Positions 21,316 to 33,173 of a stretch of DNA of 64,000 nucleotides are shown here, piece by piece. The translations under genes were made by a program, and so were the position numbers. The stretch's first letter is position 1. Every line of letters starts with the position of its first letter. Origin of the DNA: an uncultured Gemmatimonadaceae bacterium (GTDB lineage Bacteria; Gemmatimonadota; Gemmatimonadetes; Gemmatimonadales; Gemmatimonadaceae); NCBI GenBank assembly GCA_963761305.1, contig CAVXGK010000001.1, positions 832,001 through 896,000 on the forward strand, in the 5' to 3' direction. Under the pieces are notes generated by a model. That model was not told the DNA's origin, made no database searches, and saw nothing but the letters and a program-made list of their open reading frames with translations.

Positions 21316-21874
21316 TCGTGCTGAGGCGCGGTGTCGTGTGGCGTCAGTGCGTTGCGACCGGAACGCGATCCGCGGCGCTGCGTGCGCGCTGCGGAGCGCT
21401 CTCGACGCGTGGCGACGTCCTCTGAACACGTGCGATTGGAATCGGACCGCGGCGCCGAGCGTACGCGACCTCGATGATCGAGAGTTCGGCGCGGGGGATC
21501 GTCGTCGTGAGACCGCGGCTCGACGATCGTGGAACGAGCCCAATCGGCTGCACGGGCGGCGAGCCGCTGGTACGCGACGGTTGCTGTCGGTGGGTGGCGG
21601 TCACCTCGCGTTGGAGTGACCGATGTCGCGACGGGACCGGTGTCGGCGACGAACGAAATGACGAGCAGGGTGATCGTGACGGCGTGCAGAGCGATGGATT
21701 GGGGAATGGCGGCTGATGCCCCGGGTGCTCGGCGACAGAGCGTGGCCAATGCGAGGCTCTCTATAGGTGAATCGCGACGAGGCCGGTTTTGCTACGCGGT
21801 GTCCGCTCGGGTGGACATCAGCGCCAGTCGTGTGGTGGACCAGTGGCCCAGAAAGGCTGACGAGCGAGTGGATG

Positions 21875-21954
21875 TCTGAAATCAGACTTCTGACGTCTGA
21901 CCTCTGACTTCTCGCTGGTCAGCTGTCCGCCCGTCCACCTGTCTACCCGTCCAC
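21875..21954. repeat. 5 x 7-bp TCTGACN-like array (21875-21909) plus 4 x 8-bp CCGTCCAC-like array (21923-21954)
   Basis: tctgaaa tcagact tctgacg tctgacc tctgact; ctgtccgc ccgtccac ctgtctac ccgtccac, the reverse complement of the 20460 unit. Confidence 0.85.
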
Positions 21955-21956
21955 CC

Positions 21957-22971
21957 CTACTTCACCAGCGTCACCGCCACATCCCCCACAATCTGCAGGC
22001 TCTTCGCCGACACCTTGTCGAACGTGTCCTGCATCGTGTGGTGATAGTTGGGACTCGACGGCGTGAACGCGTCGTGGATCGTCGGCAGCGGACCGTACTG
22101 AATGTCCAGCACGTCGATCACGCGAAGACCCTTGTTCAGCAGCGGGACGTGGTCGTCGGTGATCTGCTGCCCGACCTGGCTGATGAAATACTTGGAGTAG
22201 CCGAGGTCGGACGCCGTCTGCCACACTCGGCCGACGACTTCCGGCGCGCTTCTGCACAGAGTTGGCTTCCTGGTAGAGCTGTAGGTCGGCGTCGCCGATC
22301 ATGTCCCAGAGCACGCCGTAGAGCGGCTTGTAGTCCGGCGACGGCAAATGGTTCGCGAAATACTGCGAGCCGAAGAGCGCGTCGGGATAGTTGCCGGAGC
22401 TGTCGGAGTCGAACGCGCCCCAGTCTTCGCCGTCGACGAACAGCAGGTCCACGCCGACCGACGGCGGGGTCTTCTTGAAGACGTCGCCCAGCGCCATGAA
22501 CAGCCCTACGCCCGACGCGCCGTCGTTCGCGCCGATGATCGGACGCGCCTTGTTGCCGAAGTTGGGATCGTCATCCGCCTTGGGACGCGTGTCCCAGTGC
22601 GTCACGTACAGCACGCGCTGCGTCGCCGAGGGGTTGAATCGCGCCAGGATGTTCTGGAGCTGGAGCTTCGTGCCATTGGCTGTGGTCTGCGTCCAGCGCT
22701 GCACGGTGACGCTGTCGGTCCGCTGCTTCATCTGCGCGACGATCCACGCGCCGGCCGAGTCGTGCGCCGGCGTACCGGGCGCGCGAGGACCGAACGCCAG
22801 GTGTGCCTTTACGTACCCGAGCGCCGCCTCGCCGTCGAACCCGGTCTTCGGGCCGCCGAACGGGTGGTCGCACGCGCTCAGCACGACAATCGTGGCCGCA
22901 CAGAGAAGGCTGATCATTCGCACGCGGGAATCTCGTCGCTGAATAGACTGCACGTTAGCGGGATTGGTCAT
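21957..22971 (-). CDS. M28-family peptidase / glutaminyl cyclase-like lipoprotein with a 1-nt frameshift near 22250
   Basis: LSAC lipobox, HWDTRP, GANDGASG, DGEDWG, DMIG. C-terminal DDHVP and HHTMQDT lie in the second frame (ORF 21957..22226). Start could be 22917. Confidence 0.88.
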
Positions 22972-22998
22972 ACGTTGGAGTTTCGCGGCCATCTGCGA

Positions 22999-25900
22999 TC
23001 ATTTGCCGGCCCCGAAGAACTGGAACTGCAACACGGTGGACAGCACCGTCTGCGCGAACCGCCGGTTGAGATTGTTGTCGAACGTCACGATGTGCGAGGC
23101 CTGGAGCGTGAACACCAGACCGTCGCTCAGATTCGTGTCCGCCGCCAGGTTGAACGCCTGGCGGCCGTTGTCGGCCAGCCGGCTCTGGAACGCGCCGGCC
23201 GAGTCGAGAACGAACGTGGTGTTGTGAGTTTCCTGAAATCCGATCCGCGTCCGCAGGTCGCTGCGCAAACCCAGCCCCAAACTCTCGGGTATGTGGAACG
23301 CCCGGCCCGCATCGAGCGAAAGCTCGTCGCCGCGCGACCGGGCGAGGCTCCCCGGCAAGCTGTCGATGCGCCGCGTGAGACTGTACCGCGCGCTAGTGCT
23401 CAAGGATCCGCGGCCGGCCCAGATGATCGACCCGCTGAACGGATAGGTGTCAGAGTGGCTCTGCCGTATTTCCGGCGAGTCGCCGACGTCGATTCCCGGA
23501 AGCGAGATCGACGCCGTCGTCCGGAGATACCCGGCGCTCGCGTCCATGCTGGTGAACAGTCCGCCCGGCGCGGGATGAAACGCCCAACGCAACGCGACGT
23601 CCGGAAATCGCGTCTGCGTTCCGTTGGCCTCGGCCTGTGACTGCGTCGAGTCGGGGCGCGCTATCCAGTTGGCCGTCGTGATGTGCTGATAGCGCGCGTC
23701 GATCGCCGTGCCGGCGAGGAGACGCACGCTCGTCGAGGCGTTCCACGTTCCCGTCTGCCCGGCCGTCGTCGCCGGAATTCCGTTCACGAACCGGAACGAC
23801 GACGGGCCGCCGAGCGCCAGCTCGAATGGCAGCGGCGGCGCGGTCGTCGATTCGTCGACGTCGCCCAGCAGGCTCCGCGAGTACGACACATCAATGGGCG
23901 AAAACGAGTTGCCGAGCCGGCGCGCGACGCTCGAGTCGCGCGTGTACGGCGCGAACGCGCGCGCGACGTCGATGCTCGTGCCGGCGCTGACCGTCTGCGC
24001 GGCGGTCATGCGTCGCGGCAGCAGGCGGTCGAGCGCCGCGAGGGAATCGTTCGCCGCGAGCACGCTGTCCACGCCGATCACGCCCGGCAATGTCGCGAGC
24101 GAGCGGACGTTCGGGTCGCGCAGCATGTCGTACTGCGTGCCCAGATCCGCGCGCGGCCGGAACCACGACGAGAACGACGGCGTGAACGACGCGCTCGCCG
24201 ACATCGACCGCTCGCGTTCGAAACCCGGCCCGACAGCCACGGGCGGCAGGTCGATGCTCTCACCCGTCGTGTCGCGATAGTCGCGGAAGTCGCGAAGCGA
24301 TTCGATCTCCCAACGGAAGGCCGTTCCGGGCGTCGGCTGGAATCCGATCGCGCCCGCGTTGCGCCACAACCGGGTCGACGCCGTGCTCACCGTCGGATCG
24401 TCGGGCACGTCGGTGCTGGGATTGAGGTACGACACTCGGCGGTCGGTGCCGCGGACGATGCCGGTGCTCACGCGAAACTCGGTCGGATTCCAGCGGAATG
24501 CACTCGCCCGCAGCGCACCGATCGGACCCGCCTGGAGGAAATCGGGTAACGCGCCGAGCGCGCCGTTGGCCCAGCCCGGCAACGCCGTCGTGAGCGGCGT
24601 GCTGCCTGCGACGAGGTAGTCGAGCCCGGCGGTGAGCGTGTTCGTGTTCCCGTCCTGGAATTCGGTTCGATCCACGCCGGTCGTGTATGTGGAATTGAGC
24701 GACAGGTTGTCGATCAGCGGGCCGAACAGACCGCCGAGCGGCGCGGATCGGCGGGCCGTCAGGCTGTAGGTGGTGAGGTCGTTTTTCGGTTTGCGCAGAC
24801 CGGGAATTCCCTTTCCCGAGATGTCCGATTGGTCGAGGTAGAGCGGATCTTCCGCCAATGAGAGTCTACTGATCGTGAGCGGCAGCGCGACGCCCGCCGA
24901 CGCCGGCAGCAGCTTCTCGAGCCGCACCGTCGCGGTCATGTCGATGTTGCGCTGCGTGTCGAACGTCGGTTGCTCGCCGAGCTGCCGGAAGTTCGGATCC
25001 TGATTGCTCATCGTCGCCTGAACGTCGGCGAAATCGCTGATGTTGAACCGCCCGGTCACCGCCATGGCGGTGCCGCCGGTGTTGAGCTGCTGGTCGAGTC
25101 GTATGTCGTCGACCCACAGCTCGAGCGTATCCGTCGGGCTGATCGTGGGAGAGCCGGCGAGACCGGTAGTCGCCACGCGCACGATGCCGACCGCCATCTC
25201 CTGCACGGCGTGCAAGTCCGGCGCGGTGACCGCGGGGTCGAGCGTATAGACCATGTAGCCGTCCTGGCACGCGGCGAATCGACGGCTCACGGTACCCGTC
25301 GGCAGCGGCGACGCGACGATGATCGCCGAGTCGACGCCGGTACAGGCGATCGACGTCGTGCCTCCGGCGAGATACGCCGTCTGGATCTTCTTGCGCAGAT
25401 TGATGAATTGATTGAGGTCGATCGCGAAGTCGCTCCACGCGGCGGCTGTCTGCCCGTCGTTGGCCGGCGTGCGGTACATGTAGAAGTTGTTCTCGTCGCG
25501 CCCGACCTTGATGTACATCTGGAGCTCGCCACTCTGGCCCCAGCCGTGTCCGCGGCCGCGCCCCCAGACGTTGAGCCGCTGAAACGCCATGAAGTACTGC
25601 GGCCCGGCCGGAAAACGGAAGTACGCCTCGGCGCGGTGATAGAGCGACAGATTTCCCGTTTGCAGGCGCAGCGAGCTCTCGTTGGTCGTCGTGAGCGTTC
25701 CTTGAAACTGCGCGCCCTTGAGCGCCGCTTCGTTCACGATCCCCGGCGGCGGCTGATATACGACCGACGCGCTGGAGTCCGTCGTGCCGATCGTCGACGT
25801 GATCACGAATCCGGCGCCCGGGCTTATTCCCGCGATTCCCGCGAGCGTCTGATTGCTCCGGTCGAGCCACGGTGCGCCGGTCACCTGTAGCTCGGCGATC

Positions 25901-28900
25901 GGCAATTGCACCGGGACCTCGGCGTCTTGCCCCTGCGCCGACACGATGGTCAGCCGGAGCGCGCGCAGCTTGCGGCGATTCACGTCGTTGAGCGAATCGG
26001 TGGGCGTCTTGAACGGCACACGCACGAGCACCCAGTTGCGCGTGCGCGGCTGCGGCACGCCGCGCACGTAGATCGTGTCGGTGAACTGGCCGCCGACCCG
26101 CGTGTACGCGTTGGCAGCGGTCAGGTCGACGACGTAGCGAAGCAGTCGCTCGCTCTCGCGCTGGGCGTTCGAGAAGTTGAGCGCGTTGTCGGCGTCGATG
26201 TCGTATTCGTCGAGCTTGTTGTTGGCGATCGTGCAATTGGTGCGCGGGTCACCGATCACGTCGAGCGCACCGGGAGCAGCGCGGCAGGTGCGCACGTTGG
26301 TGACCCGATGCGCGCCCGACGCGTCGACGGCGACGATCGTATCGGCAACGTCACCCGGCAGGCCGGTGTCGTTGATCGCCGCGTTGAACGAACGCGAGAA
26401 GGGATCGCGCTCGGTGGCGGGCACCGGGTTGTCGAAGCCGGCGAGTCGCTTGCCGCTGAACGTCGTGTCGACGCCCGCCGATCCGCTCGTGACCTTGAGC
26501 GTGTCCGGCGCAAAGGCCACCGAGTTCTCGGAGACGTCGCCGAAATCGAGGATGAGCGTCGGGTTCGCGGCGCGCGAAACCCCCGACGTGTCGAGCAATG
26601 TCCAGAACTGCAGGAACTCGCCGCGCGTGAGGTCGAGGCCCGCAGGGCTGAGCACCGTGCGAATGCTGCGAAAGCGGCGGGACGCGGTGGCGCCGACGCT
26701 GTTGTCCGTCCACTTGTAGGCGCGCGTGGACGGATCGTACCGGCCCACCTGGTCGAGCGGCAGCAGCGTGAGCCAGAGCATCGGCTCGGCCAACTGGAAG
26801 CCCGAGCCGGTGAACACGAGCAGCGGATCGATCTCCTTCGGCCGTGATGGCGAGGCGTCGTCCGCCGGGACTCTGCACGTTCGTCTGCCATACGAGCGTC
26901 GCCGCGTGCGACGGTTCGAAGAACATGCCGCCGAAAGGCGCCGCCAGCGAGTTGCCGTAGGCCGGAAGGCTGCTGTACAACCACGCCTGGTCGGAGAGCG
27001 CGATCGACGTGCCGCCGTTGGCGTCGAACGTTTCGACGTAGGCCGTGCCCTGGTTGCGCGCGAGGAACTGCGGATTGCTGTGCGCGACCTCGGCGGTGAA
27101 CGCGAAGCGTGAGGGCGTCTTCGATTGCCCGAACGGCAATCGGCTGGCGAGACTCGTGAGGCCGGGCAGGTCCCAGTTGAACCGGCCCGTGACGCCCGTC
27201 ATCAACGTCGAATTCCCCTGAAGCCCGAGCTCCGGACGCGTGAACGACGTGCTCTGCGACTGGTTGATGGCGAGAAAATCGAGCGTGCCGTGCGACACCG
27301 GCAACTCGGAGAGAAACCCGGCGAGCGTCGTCGGGGCCTGGCCGAACGAGACGTTCTCCTCGTAGCGCACGTCGACGTGCCGCTCCGCCGTGAGGAGCGT
27401 GTCGGGCCGCATGAAGTCGATCCGCCCGATGTCGTAGTCGATGCGGTAGTCGAGGTCGCGCACGAGCTGCCGGCCGTCCATCACCACTTGCTCCGAACCA
27501 GGCCGAATCGATCCGGCGCCGATCGTTATCGCGCCGCCGGTCTCGGTGCCGACGGTCTGATAGCGTACGCTCATCCGATACAGCGACGCCGGATGCTGCG
27601 GCGAGTAGATGTATTCGCCGGGGATGTTGTAGATGTCGTCGTTCGTCGGGTTGCCCGGCACGACGAGCCCGGAGTCGCGCGCGCTGAACGGGTGCAGCGA
27701 CGGAAACACGAGGAAGAAGTCGCGGATCGCGAACGCGGCATCCAGCGTACCGCCGTTGCGGATATCCGCCGCGCCGGCGCCAAGATTGAAGATCGCGTCG
27801 CTGCGCCGCGGCCAGAGACGATTCTCGGCGTCGAACTCGGCGGGATTCGCCGACTGGGCGAGTCCGAACATCTCGAGGAACGTCGCGTCGCGTCCCGCGA
27901 TGGGATGCTCGAGGCGCCCGCTGCCGGCGACGACTCGAATCGTCGCCGACTCACGCGCGAGGTTGCTTCCAGCGATGCGGTAGACCGAGCGAATCTCGTT
28001 GCGGAACGCGGCCGACGTCGGGCCAACCGTCGGGTCCATGACGAGGTTGGCGACTTGGTCGCGGCCCGGGATGTATTGGAGGTCGGGCGTGCCGCCGGTC
28101 GTCGCCCAGACGGTGTCCTTGCCGTTGACCTTGACGTTGTAGGCGACGACGAGCCGCTCGTTCGTCTCGTTCAGCGGCCTGACGAGCGCGAACCAGAGGA
28201 GCGAGCGATCGATGACATAGTCCACGCCTTCGCGCAGAAGGTCGTACACCGCCGTGCCGTTCGTCTGACCGCCCCGCACACGGAAACGCGGCCCGCTGGG
28301 ATTCTGCGGCTGCGTTCCGAACTGAAGGCGGTAGAGGCGAACGTTGGTCGGCCGCAGCGTGTCGGGCAGCGACCGCCACAGCGCGTCGAGCTGCGAGTGG
28401 TTCAGGATGTCGATGTTGGGAAACGCCCGGCCGCCGCCGAGGAGCGCCGGATCGACCGTGAAGAAGAACCGCAGCCGCTCGATCTGATAGTCGTCGATGT
28501 CGCGGGCATTGGCCTGCGCCGCCTTGCTGCCGATGGTGAACTGTCGCGTCTGGCCGACGTTCCCCTTCTGCTGGGCGAAAATCGACTGGAATCGCAACGG
28601 ACCGAATTGGTTCGTGACCTGGAGGCCGTAGTTTCCGGTGGGGAGATTCGTCGACAGAAATCGCGACGGCGGAGGCGTGAACGTCACGTTGCCGACGTCC
28701 ACGCGCTGCCATCGCGAGTCGGGAGCTCCCTCGTAGTAGAGCGAGAGTGTGTTGGACGCGTCGAACTCGCGCTGCATGTCATAGTCGACGTTGACGTGCC
28801 AGCGGTCGGCGATGACGCCGGAGCTTTTGATGCTGACGGTCGGCTGAAGCTGCCAGGGCAGGAATCCGGCGTTGCAGCCGGAGACGGCGCTCGTCTGAAT

Positions 28901-29167
28901 GGCCTCGAGGGAGGTGCACACGAGGTTTTGGTCGCGTTCCTTCTTGCCTTCGACGCGCAGGTTCAGCTCGAGCGGCAACTCGAGGCCTGGGATGATCGTC
29001 GTTCCGGGTGGGAGCGGCGGTCGCCGAATGGAATCGGTGTCCGCGGCCGGCCGAGCCGGAAGCACGGGAGTGGGAGGCGTCTGCGAACTCGCCGGTGGAC
29101 CCCAAGCGAGTCCAACGGCGAGCGCGATCAGAACAGCTCGCGTCGCAGAATACAGGGGTCGCACCAA
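22999..29167 (-). CDS. sprA: SprA/Sov-like very large outer-membrane beta-barrel (T9SS translocon homologue), ~2050 aa, 1-nt frameshift near 26841
   Basis: Signal peptide. SprA-like blocks FDASNTLSLYYEG..VDVGNVTF, GSEQVVMDGRQLVRDLDYRIDYDIGRI, NDTGLPG, KVGRDENNFY, LWVDDIRL; amphipathic C-terminal strands. ORFs 26351..29167 and 22999..26817 join on removing one base (ACG g CCG AAG GAG ATC GAT CCG). Confidence 0.8.
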
Positions 29168-29377
29168 ACCCTAACGGTGGGGTAGGAACCCGCCAACGGC
29201 TCGTGTCGTGGACCTGCTCCGTTCGCTCTCCGGACGCCGGCGGTTCCACGTCGAAGAAGCCTTGAAATCGAGCTGGCGGTGGGTGGAATATATAGGCCAG
29301 CCACGGCCGTACAACCCTGTGGAGTGCTTGAAGTTCCGCAGCAGCACGACCGATCGCGCCCCACCCAATAGAACCAC

Positions 29378-31234
29378 GTGAAGAGAATCAGCCGCTACGT
29401 CCTGAGAGAGCACGTCGGGCCGTTTGTTTTCGCCCTGTCGGCGCTCACGTCGTTCATGCTGCTCCAGTTCATCGCGCGAAAGTTCGGCGACCTGGTTGGG
29501 CGCGGCCTTTCGTGGCAGGTGATCCTGGAGTTCTTCGTCCTGTCGATCCCGCTCACGGTGGCGCTGACGCTGCCCATGTCGGTGCTCGTCGCGGTGCTCT
29601 ACGCGTTCAGCCGCCTGGCGTCGGAGAACGAGATCACGGCGCTCAAGGCGAGCGGTATTTCGACGCGATCGCTCCTGCGGCCGGTGCTCGTCGCCTCGGT
29701 GTTCCTCGCGGTCTTCATGCTCTGGTTCAACGACCAGGTGCTCTCCAGCGCGAACCACGAGCTGGCGACGCTCCAGATCGCGATCTTCCGCACGAAGCCC
29801 AGCTTCGCCCTCAAGGAGCAGGTGATCAATCCGGTCAAGGAGGGGCAGCTCTACCTGCGCGCGGGGTACATCGACCGTGACCAGTCGGGCCACATGCGCG
29901 ACATCACGATCTACGACGTCTCCAATGCGATGCGCCGCCGGACGATCTTCGCCGATCACGGCACGCTGTCGTTCGCCAGCAACAAGACCGACCTGATCCT
30001 GCACCTGTTCGACGGCATGATGATGTCCGCGCCGTCGAACCAGCCGGAGCAACTCGACCGGATCTATTACAAGCAGGATGACCTCAAGGTCAAAGACGTC
30101 GCGAGCTCGTTTCAGTCGATCGACGCCGACACGACCTCGAAGGGCGATCGCGAGATGTCCGTGTGCGAGATGCAGTCCGAGTACGAGAAGCGCAACGCCG
30201 CGCTCCAGAACGCGTACACGGACAGCCTGATCGCCGTGTGGCGGGTAATGAAGGAACGCGGGCAGAACGGGGTGGAACCGAAGCGCAAACCGGTGCCGAA
30301 GGCCGGCGGGATCGGTGCGATGTACTGCACCCTGATCACCAAGTACCTCCACATCAATCCGCTCGCCCCGAAAGAGGCGCAGGCCGCCGAGCCGTCGATG
30401 TTCTTGCGACGTCTGGCGCAGGACACCACGCACAAGACCGACACGACCAAGCGCGACACGACCAAACGCGACACCACCAAGCGCGACACGACGAAAAAAT
30501 CGGCGCCGGGGAAACCGCTCGTGCAGTCCGAGTCGGTGATGGTGATGGTCAACAGCATTCTGAAGAAGGTCCCGCGGAATGCGATTCCACCCGGCGCGTT
30601 CATCCCCGAGACCGCCGCCGCGCACATGACGGTTCCACCGAACGGAGCCTCGCCTGTCGGCAATCGTCCCGTCCCGGCGGTGATCGGACAACCGAATCCG
30701 CCGCCGGTCGTCGGGACTCCGGGCGGGGCCATCAATCCCAACCCGGCCGCGCGCGTCGCGACGCCGCCGCCGTCGAGCGGCGTGTCCAATCCGGACGCCA
30801 ATCTCAAGTCGGTTATCGCGAGCGAGGTGGCCGACGCCAAGATTCGCCTCGACGACGCGCGCCACTGGCGGAATCGCTACGCCATCGAGATCCAGAAGAA
30901 GTTTTCGTTGGCCGCGGCGTGCTTCGTTCTCGTGCTCGTCGGCGCGCCGCTCGCGTTGCGATTCCCGCGAGGCGGCGTCGGTCTGGTGTTGATCGCCAGC
31001 TTCCTGATCTTCTCGGTCTATTACGTCGGCCTCACGGCCGGCGAAGCGCTGGCGAACCACAACCTGCTCTCGCCGTTCTGGTCGATGTGGGCCGGCAACA
31101 TCATTTTCGCGCTCATCGGCATCGCGCTCATCACGCGCATGGGTCACGAGACGGCGACGGCGCGCGGGGGCAACCTCGGTGAACTGATGGATTCGGTGCG
31201 CTTCTGGCTCGACCGGCGCCGCAAGGGCAAATAG
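29378..31234 (+). CDS. lptF: LPS export ABC permease LptF with a long low-complexity insertion
   Basis: LPMSVLVAVLYAFSRLASENEITALKASGIS, IEIQKKFSLAAAC, MWAGNII. Confidence 0.88.
   Translation: MKRISRYVLREHVGPFVFALSALTSFMLLQFIARKFGDLVGRGLSWQVILEFFVLSIPLTVALTLPMSVLVAVLYAFSRLASENEITALKASGISTRSLLRPVLVASVFLAVFMLWFNDQVLSSANHELATLQIAIFRTKPSFALKEQVINPVKEGQLYLRAGYIDRDQSGHMRDITIYDVSNAMRRRTIFADHGTLSFASNKTDLILHLFDGMMMSAPSNQPEQLDRIYYKQDDLKVKDVASSFQSIDADTTSKGDREMSVCEMQSEYEKRNAALQNAYTDSLIAVWRVMKERGQNGVEPKRKPVPKAGGIGAMYCTLITKYLHINPLAPKEAQAAEPSMFLRRLAQDTTHKTDTTKRDTTKRDTTKRDTTKKSAPGKPLVQSESVMVMVNSILKKVPRNAIPPGAFIPETAAAHMTVPPNGASPVGNRPVPAVIGQPNPPPVVGTPGGAINPNPAARVATPPPSSGVSNPDANLKSVIASEVADAKIRLDDARHWRNRYAIEIQKKFSLAAACFVLVLVGAPLALRFPRGGVGLVLIASFLIFSVYYVGLTAGEALANHNLLSPFWSMWAGNIIFALIGIALITRMGHETATARGGNLGELMDSVRFWLDRRRKGK
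30440..30499 (+). repeat. 4 x 15-bp in-frame repeat encoding DTTKR/K within lptF
   Basis: GACACGACCAAGCGC-like units, preceded by DTTHKT. Confidence 0.9.
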
Positions 31235-31236
31235 CG

Positions 31237-32322
31237 ATGCGCCTCTTCCGGCCATTGGACCGCTACGTGTTCACCGAGTTCTGGCGGATCTTCACGATCA
31301 CCGCCCTCGGGTTCCCGTTCCTGCTGGTGATCATGGATCTGACGGATCACGTGCAGGGCTACCTCGACCAGCGGATCCCGGCGCGCGACATCGCGCTCAG
31401 CTATCTATTCTGGATTCCTGATTCGATGTTCTTGGTGCTGCCGGCGGCGGTACTCTTCGCTACGGTGTTTTCCATCGGCGGGTTCACGCGCCATTCCGAG
31501 GTGACGGCGGCCAAGGCGTCGGGCGTGAGCTTTCATCGGCTCGTCGTCCCGATCCTGTTCGGCGCGCTCTTCGCGTCGGTGCTCGACCTCGGACTCGGCG
31601 AGGTCGTGCCGATCACGAACCAGCACCGGAGCCACCTGCTGCACCAGGACAAGGCGCAGGTCGGCACCAGCCGGTTCAACTTCGCGTTCGCGAGCGACTT
31701 CGGCCGCGTGTACAAGGCGATGGAACTGCGTACCGACTCGGGGCAGATCCGCCAGCTGCAGATCGAGCGCAAAGGAAAAGGCTCTGCCTATCCGACGTAC
31801 CTGCTGACCGCCGACTCGGCGTCGTTCGATCCGCGGCGGAACAGCTGGACGCTGAGGCGCGGGCACCTGCAGGTCGTGAGCGACCGCAACGCCAGCTTCG
31901 CGGTGGCATTCGCGTCGGCCAGGGACACGCTCTTCACCGAACGCCCGGCCGACATGATGGCGAAGCCGCGCGACCCGCAGGACATGCGCTACAGGGAGCT
32001 CACGCACTTCATCACCGCGCTCGAGCGGTCGGGCGGCGACGCCAACGTGCTGCGCGTGGAGCGGGCGCTCAAGATCGCCATTCCGGCCACGTGCATCATC
32101 ATCGCGCTCTTCGGCGCGCCGCTCGCCACCAGCACACAGCGCGGCGGGTCGGCCTACGGCATCGCGATCAGCCTTGCCACGACGATGATCTTTCTTCTCA
32201 TGATCCAGCTGACGCGGGCCATCGGTGGCAAGGGCGTGATTCCGCCCGACCTCGCCGCATGGCTTCCGGGAGCGTTATTCGGAGTGATCGGGCTGGTTCT
32301 GCTCGCCCGGGTACGGACTTGA
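31237..32322 (+). CDS. lptG: LPS export ABC permease LptG
   Basis: LDRYV, LPAAVLFA, RHSEVTAAKASGVSFHR, LAAWLP; follows lptF. Confidence 0.88.
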   Translation: MRLFRPLDRYVFTEFWRIFTITALGFPFLLVIMDLTDHVQGYLDQRIPARDIALSYLFWIPDSMFLVLPAAVLFATVFSIGGFTRHSEVTAAKASGVSFHRLVVPILFGALFASVLDLGLGEVVPITNQHRSHLLHQDKAQVGTSRFNFAFASDFGRVYKAMELRTDSGQIRQLQIERKGKGSAYPTYLLTADSASFDPRRNSWTLRRGHLQVVSDRNASFAVAFASARDTLFTERPADMMAKPRDPQDMRYRELTHFITALERSGGDANVLRVERALKIAIPATCIIIALFGAPLATSTQRGGSAYGIAISLATTMIFLLMIQLTRAIGGKGVIPPDLAAWLPGALFGVIGLVLLARVRT

Positions 32323-33173
32323 CGGGGCCGCGCCCGTCGCAGTCGATCGCACGCGAAACCCAGACCTATCCGGTCGTCCAACGCACGTCGATCCGGTTCT
32401 TCCGGCGCGTCACGCGCTACTGGATCAACGTGTTTCGCGACGTCGGGCAGCGGACGTACTTCCTGCGCGACATCGCGCGCGGGTTCGGCGATCCCGCGAC
32501 GTACGTGCCCGAGACGATTCGCCAGATGAAGAACATCGGCGTCGACTCGGTGCCGCTCACCGTGATCGTCGCCGCGTTCATCGGCGGCGTCATCGCGCTG
32601 CAGACGCGGTATCAGCTGTTCCCCGGCGTCGAGCTGTCGATCATCGGACTCGCGAGCCGGCTCATGATCGTGCTCGAGCTCGGGCCCCTGCTCACGGGTC
32701 TCGTGCTCACGGGCCGCGTCGGCGGTCGCATGGCCGCCGAGATCGGAACGATGCGCGTCACCGAACAGATCGACGCGCTCGAGACGCTCGCCTACGATCC
32801 TGTTGCGTTCCTGATCGTGCCGAGATTGCTCGCGGCGATCTTCATGTTGCCGACGCTCGTCGTCCTGGCCGACGGCATCGGCCTTACAAGCGCGTACGTC
32901 GTTTCGGTCCATTTTACCGATGTCCCGGCCACCGACTTCATCACTGGGCTGCGGCTCGGCTTCGGAACGTTCCAGGTCGTCTACAGTCTGCTCAAGGCGA
33001 CGATGTTCGGCGCGGCGATCGCCTTGGTCTGCGCCTATGAGGGTTACATTTCCGAGGCTGGTGCCGAGGGCGTCGGGCGGTCGACGGCGCGAGCGGTCGT
33101 CATCACGTCGGTGACGATTCTCGTGCTCGACGCACTCACGGCGGGCGTGCTCGCTCCCTTCCTCCAGACATGA
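32319..33173 (+). CDS. mlaE: MlaE-family ABC permease
   Basis: ELGPLLTGLVLTGRVGGRMAAEIGTMRVTEQIDALE, GAEGVGRST. TTG start overlapping the lptG stop is assumed. Confidence 0.88.
   Translation: MTGPRPSQSIARETQTYPVVQRTSIRFFRRVTRYWINVFRDVGQRTYFLRDIARGFGDPATYVPETIRQMKNIGVDSVPLTVIVAAFIGGVIALQTRYQLFPGVELSIIGLASRLMIVLELGPLLTGLVLTGRVGGRMAAEIGTMRVTEQIDALETLAYDPVAFLIVPRLLAAIFMLPTLVVLADGIGLTSAYVVSVHFTDVPATDFITGLRLGFGTFQVVYSLLKATMFGAAIALVCAYEGYISEAGAEGVGRSTARAVVITSVTILVLDALTAGVLAPFLQT

Noticed and set aside
20500..21870. Protein-coding ORFs in the intergenic region (e.g. 21063..21749, 21023..21619, 20604..20945)
   Set aside because: Mutually overlapping, atypical codon use and no domain motifs; none can be supported.
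26825..26860. Programmed frameshifting in sprA (also uxaB, M28, aldo-keto reductase)
   Set aside because: No slippery heptamers; all four are single extra bases, better explained by sequencing error.
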